Assembly: GCA_963835165.1 (NCBI GenBank)
Contig: CAWIGD010000018.1
Location: forward strand, 197,774-261,773
From: an uncultured Alphaproteobacteria bacterium
GTDB taxonomy: Bacteria; Pseudomonadota; Alphaproteobacteria; Rhizobiales; Xanthobacteraceae
DNA: 64,000 nt
Reading direction: 5' to 3'
The notes beneath the pieces were generated by a model, which had not been told where the DNA came from, did not search any database, and saw nothing but the letters and a program-made list of their open reading frames with translations. Position 1 is the first letter of the stretch, and each line of letters opens with the position of its first letter. Made by a program: the position numbers and the translations under genes. Positions 21,293 through 28,966 of this stretch are shown in pieces.

Positions 21293-22300
21293 TCACTGAA
21301 TCTTCAGCCCGGCCTTGTCGATGATCTCCTTGTACATCGGCACCTCGCGCGCGATGCGCGCGCGAAACACCTCAGGCCCCTCGGCGACGACGGGAAGGCC
21401 GGCTTTGACGAATTTCTCCCGCACGTCAGGGCGCGCGAGGATCGCGTTGAGCTCTTTCACCAGCCGATCGATCGCCGGCTGTGGCGTTCCGGCCGGAGCG
21501 TATATGCCCTGGAAGGTGTCGGAAACGGCGTCCTTGATGCCGAGCTCCTCGAGCGAGGGAACATCGGGCAGATCCGGCCAGCGCTCCTTCGACGTCACGG
21601 CGATGGGACGCACCTTGCCGGCGTCGATCAGGCCCATCAGGGATCCGATATTGGCGGTGTAGAGGTCGACCTGGCCGGCAAGCACGGCCGTGGTCGCCGG
21701 CCCTGCGCCGGGAAACGGAATGTGCTGCATGTTGATCCCGGTCCGCAGCTTGAGCACTTCGCCGGCAAGATAAGGCGTGGTGCCGGCGCCGGGGCTCGTC
21801 CAATTGAGCTTGCCGGAATTGGCCTTTGCCTTGGCGATGAGCTCCGGCATGGTCTTGATGTCGGACTGCGCCGGGACCACGAACGCATTGGGCGACGCGC
21901 CGATCACCATCACCGGCACGAAATCCTTGTACGGATCGTAGGTCGCCTGGGCGTAGAGGCTCGGGTTGACCACGTAGGCGCTGGAGCAGACGAGCAGGGT
22001 GTAGCCGTCGCCGCCGGCGCGGGCGGCCGCCGCAATGCCGATATTGCCGCCGGCCCCCCCGCGGTTCTCGATGATCACGGGCTTGCCCAGCGCCTCGCCG
22101 AGCTGGGTGTTGATCAGCCGGGCGGCGATGTCGGTTCCGCCGCCGGCGGGAAAGCAGACGATCATGGTGACCTGGCGCTCGGGGTATTCCGCGCGGGCGC
22201 TGGTGAACGCCGCGCCCGTGCCCGCAATCAAGATCATGGCCAGCAGCGTGCGCCGCGAAATCAACGGGGTGCGCAGCCCGCCCGACGGGACATTGAACAT
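21293..22300 (-). CDS. Bug/TctC family substrate-binding protein
   Basis: Motifs VTMIVCFPAGGGTD and ENRGGAGGNIG, with a signal peptide. Confidence 0.9.
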   Translation of the reverse strand: MFNVPSGGLRTPLISRRTLLAMILIAGTGAAFTSARAEYPERQVTMIVCFPAGGGTDIAARLINTQLGEALGKPVIIENRGGAGGNIGIAAAARAGGDGYTLLVCSSAYVVNPSLYAQATYDPYKDFVPVMVIGASPNAFVVPAQSDIKTMPELIAKAKANSGKLNWTSPGAGTTPYLAGEVLKLRTGINMQHIPFPGAGPATTAVLAGQVDLYTANIGSLMGLIDAGKVRPIAVTSKERWPDLPDVPSLEELGIKDAVSDTFQGIYAPAGTPQPAIDRLVKELNAILARPDVREKFVKAGLPVVAEGPEVFRARIAREVPMYKEIIDKAGLKIQ

Positions 22301-22468
22301 GGGCCTTCCTCCGAAGCGTGTCTTATTATGAGGTGAGTATGGCAGCGATTTCGGCTGTCGTCATGCAGCAATGACAGACGCATGTGGCGCAGGAGGGCTT
22401 TGCCGCTCCGACCCGACATGCTTCAATCAGTGCACAAGAAATTGGAAATCAAACGGGGCGGACGACAC

Positions 22469-24169
22469 GTGACCGACAGCTTCGACATCATCATCATCGG
22501 CGGCGGCGCGGCCGGATGCGTGCTGGCCAATCGACTCTCCGCACGATCGACCAGGCGCGTGCTGCTGCTCGAGGCAGGGCCCGATACGCCGCCGGGTAAC
22601 GAGCCCGCCGACGTGCTCGATACCTACGCCACGTCTTATTACAACGACGCCTATTTCTGGCCCGGCCTCAAGGTGCATTGGCGCCGCAAGGATAATTCGC
22701 CCCTGGTCGGTTTTTCCCAGGGGCGCATCATGGGCGGCGGCTCCTCGGTGATGGGCATGGTGGCGTATCGCGGTACGCCCGACGACTACGCCGAATGGGA
22801 GGCGCACGGAGCGGCCGGCTGGGGCTGGAACGACGTGCTGCCCTATTACCGCAAGCTCGAGAACGACCTGGATTTCGGCGGCGACATGCATGGCCGCAGC
22901 GGTCCGGTGCCGATCCGCCGCACCAAGCCGGACGACTGGGCGCCGCTGTCGAAAGCGGTACATGCGTTCGCGCAAGAGCGGCAAATTCCGTTCATTGCCG
23001 ACATGAATGCGGATTTCCGCGATGGCTATGGCGCGGTGCCGATGAGCAACTGGCCGGACAAGCGCGCGTCGGCGGCGATCTGCTATCTCGATGCTTCGGT
23101 GCGAGCGCGCGGAAATCTGACCATCGTCAATGGTGCCACCGTCACGGCATTGCTGTTCGAAGGGCGCCGCGTCAGCGGCGTGACCGCAAAGGTCGGCGGC
23201 GGAGAGGTGAAGCGGTTCCACGCGCGCGAGATCATCCTGTCCACGGGCGGCGTGCATTCGCCCGCTTTCCTGATGCGCTCCGGCATCGGGCCCGCCGGCC
23301 ACCTGCGCGAACACGGGATCGAGGTGCGCGCAGATTTGCCCGGGGTCGGCGAGAATCTGTCCAACCACGCCATCGTGTTCGTCGGCTTGCTGCAGCATCG
23401 CAACGCGCGGCAGGCCGCCTCGCTGCGGCCGCATCCCATGACGGCGTTCCGCTATTCGTCCGGGCTGCCGGGCGCGCCGCCGACCGATATGTACATCAAC
23501 GTGCAGTGCAAGACCTCGTGGAGCCCGCTCGGCTTCCAGGTCGCCAACCTCGCCCCTACCTTGCTCAAGCCGATGGCGCGCGGGCGGGTTTCGCTGGTCA
23601 AGGGCGATGCCGCCACGCCGCCCTGCGTCGAATTCAACTTCACCGGCCACGACCTCGACCTCAGGCGCTTCATGCAGGGGTTCCGCCGCGCGGTCGAAGT
23701 CCTGGCGCACGAGAAGGTGCGCGCCATGACCGGGGTGACCTTTCCGGTGAAATTCACCGACCGCCTGCGCCGGCTCAACCGCATCACGCCGGCAAACAAG
23801 GTTCAGAGCGCGCTCATCGCCGCGCTCATCGATCTCGTGCCCCCGCTCGCCGGCCCGATCTTCTCGACCCTGGCCGACCGCCGCGTCGATCTCGCAACGC
23901 TGGTGGCGGACGACGACGCCCTTGCCGCGCATATCCGCGAGAACGTCGCCGGCACGTTCCATCCTGTCGGCACCTGCCGCATGGGCGGCGCCAACGACCG
24001 CGACGCCGTGGTCGACACCGAGGGCCGCGTGCGCGGGATCGCCGGCTTGCGTGTCATCGATGCCTCGATCATGCCGACCGCGCCGCGCGGCAATACCAAC
24101 ATCCCAACCATCATGGTGGCCGAAAAGATCTCCGCGGCGATGGTCGACGAGGCGCGCGCAGCGGCGTGA
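22469..24169 (+). CDS. GMC family oxidoreductase (choline dehydrogenase-like flavoprotein)
   Basis: FAD fold [20 protein letters not shown]. The C-terminal HPVGTCRMG contains the GMC active-site His. A GTG start at 22469 is preferred; ATG 22418 or 22382 is possible. Confidence 0.85.
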   Translation: MTDSFDIIIIGGGAAGCVLANRLSARSTRRVLLLEAGPDTPPGNEPADVLDTYATSYYNDAYFWPGLKVHWRRKDNSPLVGFSQGRIMGGGSSVMGMVAYRGTPDDYAEWEAHGAAGWGWNDVLPYYRKLENDLDFGGDMHGRSGPVPIRRTKPDDWAPLSKAVHAFAQERQIPFIADMNADFRDGYGAVPMSNWPDKRASAAICYLDASVRARGNLTIVNGATVTALLFEGRRVSGVTAKVGGGEVKRFHAREIILSTGGVHSPAFLMRSGIGPAGHLREHGIEVRADLPGVGENLSNHAIVFVGLLQHRNARQAASLRPHPMTAFRYSSGLPGAPPTDMYINVQCKTSWSPLGFQVANLAPTLLKPMARGRVSLVKGDAATPPCVEFNFTGHDLDLRRFMQGFRRAVEVLAHEKVRAMTGVTFPVKFTDRLRRLNRITPANKVQSALIAALIDLVPPLAGPIFSTLADRRVDLATLVADDDALAAHIRENVAGTFHPVGTCRMGGANDRDAVVDTEGRVRGIAGLRVIDASIMPTAPRGNTNIPTIMVAEKISAAMVDEARAAA

Positions 24170-24188
24170 GGGCGGGGTGCGCCACGGA

Positions 24189-24700
24189 TCAAGCCGATCG
24201 GCGCTTGTAGAGTCCCATGATGGCGGCCTTGGCCAGCGTGTTGAAATGGAGCTGAAAGCCGATGACGGCTGCCGACGTATCGGCGGTGACCTGCAGGCCC
24301 GTCGACGCCGACCGCGAACACCGTGAACAGATAGCGGTGCGGGTGATCGCCCGGCGGCGGGCAGGGGCCGCCATAGCCCGGCGCACCGAAGTCGGTGCGC
24401 GTCTGCAGTGCTCCGGGCGGCAGCTTCGGAGTTCTTCGGGTTGCCGGCATCGAGCGCAAGCTCGGTCACATCGGGTGGGATGTTCACCACCAGCCAATGC
24501 CAGAAGCCGCTGCCGGTGGGGGCATCCGGATCGAAGCAGGTCACGGCAAAGCTCTTGGTGCCGGCGGGCGCGCCCGACCAGGCGAGATGCGGCGAGCGGT
24601 TGTCGCCCTCGCAGCCGAAGCCGAAAGCCGCCGACAGAATGTGGGTCTCGGCGAGATAGTCGCCGTCTTTGAAGCTGTCGCTCCTGACCGTCATCGTCAT
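24189..24700 (-). pseudogene. YbhB/YbcL (PEBP, Raf-kinase-inhibitor-like) gene interrupted by two +1 frameshifts
   Basis: Homology runs through three reading frames. Frame a: MTMTV...CFDPDAPTGSGFWHW...NPKNS, down to 24428. Frame b: [32 protein letters not shown], 24426-24298. Frame c: [24 protein letters not shown], 24296-24189. The extra nucleotides are at about 24427 and 24297. Confidence 0.7.
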
Positions 24701-24842
24701 GCGCCGTCTCCTATTCTCGAACAAGATTGATGCAAAGGTCGTTGACCAGGTTAAACGCTTTCGAAGCAACGCGCCGGTCTGATCGTTGGTACATCGAGCA
24801 ACAAGACGCAAACGCGGTCCATTCGTCATTCACCTTGGAGAG

Positions 24843-25334
24843 ATGCCGATGACGCTTCCACCTCTCGGACCCGTGAGCAATGATGGCCGAGACCAGAACA
24901 GTCCACCACAGGTGCCTTATTACAGCCTGTGGACCGCGCCGAACGGCACCAGCGTGGCGAGTTGCGCGCTTGGCGGATTCGAGATGAAGAGCGTCGGCGG
25001 CCAAGCGGCGCCGATGTGGATGCGACAAATCCCGGACGAGGTGGCGGCGGTCTTTTTCACGGTCCTGCCTGTGGGTTGGGTCGGCGAATGGCATGAGAGC
25101 CCGAAGCCGCAGTGGGTGGTGCCGCTATCGGGCCGTTGGTTCATCGAGACACAGGACGGTTCGCGTGTCGAAATGGGCCCGGGCGATATCCATTGGGGAC
25201 AGGATATCGACACTCGCGCTATCGATGGTGGTCGGGGCCACCGCTCCGGGCAGATCGGTGCTGAACCTTGCGCGCTACTCCTGGTCCAGTTCAAGACACC
25301 CCACGGTGCCGGCACGTCCTGTCCGTTCGGCTGA
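24843..25334 (+). CDS. Cupin domain protein
   Basis: A GGAGAG ribosome-binding site precedes the ATG. The beta-barrel-like segment GEWHESPKPQWVVPLSGRWFIETQDGSRVEMGPGDI is present. Confidence 0.65.
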   Translation: MPMTLPPLGPVSNDGRDQNSPPQVPYYSLWTAPNGTSVASCALGGFEMKSVGGQAAPMWMRQIPDEVAAVFFTVLPVGWVGEWHESPKPQWVVPLSGRWFIETQDGSRVEMGPGDIHWGQDIDTRAIDGGRGHRSGQIGAEPCALLLVQFKTPHGAGTSCPFG

Positions 25335-25390
25335 ACCAAATAGGCAAAGACCTGCGCGAGACGCTGCGGGTTCGATGTATTGTACCGACG

Positions 25391-26398
25391 ATGCAACGCA
25401 GCCGCACCATCGACATTCACGCCCACATGCTGCCGCAGGAGACGATCCGGCGGCTCGGCAGGGAATCGCCGCGCGTGGCGCCGAAGCTGATTGCGCAAGG
25501 CGACGGCTCGACCCTCATGGAGATCGCGGGCAAAGTGGTGCAGCGGCCGATGCCGCCGGAATGCTGGGACCTCGATCTGCGGCTTGCCGACATGGACAAG
25601 CACGGCATCGAGATGCAGGCCGTCTGCGCCACCGTGCACACCTTCTTCTATAATGAGGAGCCGGAACTCGGCGCCGCTTGCGCTGGCCTGCAGAACGACG
25701 AGATCGCCGCTGTCGTCCGCCGCAATCCCGATCGCTTCGTGGCTCTCGCCACCTTGCCGCTGCAGGATCCGAAACGGGCGGCGGACGAGCTGATGCGCGC
25801 CATGCGGGTGCTCGGTTTGCGCGGCGCCCAGATCGGCTCGAACGTCAATGGCAGGAATCTCGACGATCCCGCGCTCGAGGCGGTGTGGGCGGCGGCGAAC
25901 GAGCTGCGAGCCTTCATTCTCGTGCACCCGCACGGCGAAATCCTGCCGGGCGACCGGCTCGCGTCCTACTACATGCGCAACTTCGTCGGCCTGCCGTTCG
26001 AGACCACCATGGCCGGCGCGGCGCTCGTCTTCGGCGGCGTGATCGAGCGCTATCCCGGCATCAATTTCTGCCTGTGCCACGGCGGCGGCTTCCTGCCTTA
26101 TCAAGCCGGACGTTTCGTGCACGCCTTCAACGTGCGCGCCGAGGCGAAGGCGCGCCTGCATGGATCGCCGCAGGACTCCCTGGCCCGCCTGCACTACGAC
26201 ACGATCGTGCACTCGCCGCACGCGCTCGAGTTCCTTGTCGCCGCGGTCGGCTCCGACCGTGTCCTCATGGGCAGCGACTATCCCTTCGACATGGGCGAGC
26301 TCGATTGCGTGACACGGGTCGAGACGCTCCCCGTCCCGAAGACCTCGCGCGATGCCGTTCTCGGCGGGCGAGCCAAGGAATTGCTGCGCAATGCCTGA
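25391..26398 (+). CDS. Amidohydrolase_2 (ACMSD/LigW-type decarboxylase/hydratase) family protein
   Basis: N-terminus TIDIHAHMLP, then HPHG and MGSDYPFD motifs. The stop overlaps the start of the next gene (ATGCCTGA). Confidence 0.8.
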   Translation: MQRSRTIDIHAHMLPQETIRRLGRESPRVAPKLIAQGDGSTLMEIAGKVVQRPMPPECWDLDLRLADMDKHGIEMQAVCATVHTFFYNEEPELGAACAGLQNDEIAAVVRRNPDRFVALATLPLQDPKRAADELMRAMRVLGLRGAQIGSNVNGRNLDDPALEAVWAAANELRAFILVHPHGEILPGDRLASYYMRNFVGLPFETTMAGAALVFGGVIERYPGINFCLCHGGGFLPYQAGRFVHAFNVRAEAKARLHGSPQDSLARLHYDTIVHSPHALEFLVAAVGSDRVLMGSDYPFDMGELDCVTRVETLPVPKTSRDAVLGGRAKELLRNA

Positions 26399-27722
26399 CC
26401 TTGGATCCATCGGGGCGGCACGGCTGCGGCGAACGCTTACGGCGGTCGCCGCCGCCCATCCGTTCTATCGAGTGCGGTTTCGCGAACAGGGCCTCGCGGT
26501 CAACGACATCCGTTCGCTCGACGGGCTCCCGGCGCTGCCGCTGACCCGCAAGGACGACTACATCTCCGATCCCGAGGCGTTCCGCCTGCGCCCGGAGGAT
26601 CTGCCGGCGGATTTTTCCCCGGAAGAACGCGTGCTGTGGGACGTCACCTATACCACCGGGACCACCAGCGGGCGACCGTCGCCGTTCTACAACACCGCGC
26701 ATGATGCCTATGCCATCTGGGACCAGGCGCGCCGCTGCAACGATGCGGAAGGACTGGTGGCGAGCGATCGCGTGGCGAACCTCTATCCGCTCGCGGGCTT
26801 TCCCACCGGCGCGTTCCTGAGCGTCATCCGCTCCACCATGATCGCGGGCTTGCCGGTGGTGCACGGATTGACCGGCTCCGCCAATTCCGAGTTCAGGGTC
26901 CGCAACTCGCTGGCCGAGGCGCTGACGACGGTCGCGCGCTTTCGCCCCACCGTGCTATGGGGCGTGCCGAGCTTCATCCGCCGGTTTCTCGACGAAGCCT
27001 GCCGGCAGGGCGCGGACTTGTCCGACGTGCGGCTGGTCCTGACCTCGGGGGAGCCGGTCGGCGAAACGCTGCGGGCGACGTTGCGAGATCGGCTCGCCCA
27101 ACTGGGCGCGCCCGCGGTCGCCATCCGCGCCCGCTATGCCTTCACCGAGATGCAGGGCGGCCTGGTGCAATGCGCGGAGGGCGCCGCGCCGCAGAACCTC
27201 GTGCCCGATCTCTACCATCTCGAAGTGGTCGACCCCGACACCGGCGCAAGCCTTGCGGAGGGCGAGAGCGGCGCGCTCGCCATCACTCATCTGCACCGTC
27301 GCGGCACCGTTTTGCTGCGCTATCTTGTGGGGGATATCGTCACGCTGTCGCGCACGCCGTGCCCGATCTGCGGCCGCACGGGCGAGCGCGTGGTTGCGAC
27401 GCCGCGGCGCACCGGCAATCTGGTCAAATGCCGGGGAATGCTGGTCAACACCGATGTCATTGTTGACGTGCTCTCGGCCATGGCGGGGCTCCCTGAATTC
27501 CAGGTCGTATTTGCGAGCGCCAGTGCGCCGGATGCCATGGAGCGGCTGGTGATCCGCATCGAGCGGGACGCCGATCCGGCCCTGCACGACGACGTGGTGC
27601 GGCGCGTGCGCGAGGCCGTATCGCTGCGTCCGGAGGTCGAATTCGTCACGCGCGGGGCGCTCTACGACCACGAGCGCTCGATCAAAGCGAAGCGCGTCGT
27701 GGATTTACGTAGGGCACCATAG
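26391..27722 (+). CDS. PaaK-like adenylate-forming CoA ligase (phenylacetate-CoA ligase / F390 synthetase family)
   Basis: AMP-binding P-loop YTTGTTSGRPSP, 443 aa, and a CPICGRTG element. Confidence 0.75.
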   Translation: MPDLGSIGAARLRRTLTAVAAAHPFYRVRFREQGLAVNDIRSLDGLPALPLTRKDDYISDPEAFRLRPEDLPADFSPEERVLWDVTYTTGTTSGRPSPFYNTAHDAYAIWDQARRCNDAEGLVASDRVANLYPLAGFPTGAFLSVIRSTMIAGLPVVHGLTGSANSEFRVRNSLAEALTTVARFRPTVLWGVPSFIRRFLDEACRQGADLSDVRLVLTSGEPVGETLRATLRDRLAQLGAPAVAIRARYAFTEMQGGLVQCAEGAAPQNLVPDLYHLEVVDPDTGASLAEGESGALAITHLHRRGTVLLRYLVGDIVTLSRTPCPICGRTGERVVATPRRTGNLVKCRGMLVNTDVIVDVLSAMAGLPEFQVVFASASAPDAMERLVIRIERDADPALHDDVVRRVREAVSLRPEVEFVTRGALYDHERSIKAKRVVDLRRAP

Positions 27723-27794
27723 CGAACTCCGACGAAGTGAAAGCCGTTCGCGCAAACGCTTCAAACGCAATGACACTGGACTGACGAGGAGAAA

Positions 27795-28250
27795 ATGGAC
27801 GCAAGTGCAGCCGGAAAAACGTTCCCGCCCTACGAATTCCACGTCGAGCGCGGCAAGATCCGCGAATTCGCCGACGCCATCGGCGATCCAAACCCGGTCT
27901 ACCGCGATCCCGATTACGCCGCGAAAATGGGTTTTGCCGGCATTCCCGCGCCGCCGACATTGCTGCGCACGTTCCTTTACGAACCGAAGGCGGCGTCGGA
28001 TGCGCTCGACGTCAAGGATTGGAGCTACATCGTGCACGGCGAGCAGGAGTTTGAATACTTCGCGCCGGTCGTGGCTGGCGACGTGCTGACGGCGCAGGAG
28101 CGCATCGCGAGCATCACGGAGAAGGAGAGCCGCCGCGCCGGCAGGCTTCAGATCGCGGTGATCGAGACCACCTTCCACAATCAGCGGGGCGAGAAGGTGC
28201 AGGTGGCCCGGCGCACCCTGGTCGAGACCGGCAAGCGGATCGCCGAGTGA
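27795..28250 (+). CDS. MaoC-like dehydratase N-terminal-domain protein (non-catalytic hot-dog subunit)
   Basis: N-terminus FHVERGKIREFADAIGDPNPVY, 151 aa, followed by the catalytic hot-dog partner. Confidence 0.8.
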   Translation: MDASAAGKTFPPYEFHVERGKIREFADAIGDPNPVYRDPDYAAKMGFAGIPAPPTLLRTFLYEPKAASDALDVKDWSYIVHGEQEFEYFAPVVAGDVLTAQERIASITEKESRRAGRLQIAVIETTFHNQRGEKVQVARRTLVETGKRIAE

Positions 28251-28253
28251 TGA

Positions 28254-28676
28254 GCAATCGACCCCTCGTTCGCATCGCTCAATGTCGGCGATGCACCGCC
28301 GCCGCTCGTCTGCGGGCCGCTCACGCGCACGCAATTCGTCCGTTATGCCGGCGCGTCGCACGACTTCAATCCCAACCACCACGACGAGGTCTATGCCAAG
28401 GCCAGCGGCAACAAGGCGGTGTTCGGCATGGGCATGCTGGCGGGTGGCTATTGCGCCCGCTTGTTGACGGATTGGCTCGGTGACGGCGCGTTGCGGCGGC
28501 TGCGCATCCGCTTTGCATCGCGGTTCTGGCCCGACGACGTGCTCACCTGCAGCGCCACGGTCACCGCCAAACGCGAGGAAGCGGGTGATGGCCTCGTCGA
28601 TTGCGAGTTCTCCGCCGTCAACCAGAATGGCGAGGTCATCATCCGCGGCGATGCCACCGCAGCCCTGCCACGCTGA
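28254..28676 (+). CDS. MaoC-type (R)-hydratase hot-dog subunit; no in-frame start codon, probable frameshift at the start
   Basis: The frame encodes AIDPSFASLNVGD...YAGASHDFNPNHHD...MLAGGY.. . The only ATG (28250, overlapping the upstream TGA) is one nucleotide out of frame. There is no ATG, GTG or TTG in frame before 28410. Confidence 0.65.
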   Translation, partial: AIDPSFASLNVGDAPPPLVCGPLTRTQFVRYAGASHDFNPNHHDEVYAKASGNKAVFGMGMLAGGYCARLLTDWLGDGALRRLRIRFASRFWPDDVLTCSATVTAKREEAGDGLVDCEFSAVNQNGEVIIRGDATAALPR

Positions 28677-28795
28677 GTGGTGTTGCGAGGCGACCAAACG
28701 AAAAAACGGTAGCGAGAAGCGGAAACCAGGAAGAGAGAGCCTTGCTCAAACTGTTCGGGACCGAGGTCGCGCGCTTAATAGTGCCGCGTACTCGG

Positions 28796-28951
28796 TGGGC
28801 TCCCTCTCCCGCTTGGACATTCTATGGATCTGCCGAAGTCGGAAACATCCGACTTCGGCTGGAAGGGAGGGGTGAGGGAGGGGGAATGCTTGCACGAAAT
28901 CTTGATGTTTGCCCCCACCCTGTCCCTCCCCCGCAAGCGGGGGAGGGGACG
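28796..28951. repeat. Composite REP-like element (GAAGTCGGA..TCCGACTTC hairpin plus CCCTCCCCCGC..GCGGGGGAGGG hairpin)
   Basis: Hairpins at 28835-28856 and 28922-28950. Positions 28911-28951 are identical to 60943-60983 (41 nt). Confidence 0.8.
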
Positions 28952-28966
28952 CAAGAGCCGGTAGCT

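Noticed and set aside
22427-24829. 800-aa minus-strand ORF spanning the GMC oxidoreductase locus.
   Set aside because: Only its first ~90 codons (24700 downward) are real, forming the N-terminus of the frameshifted PEBP gene. The remainder is antisense read-through of the GMC gene.
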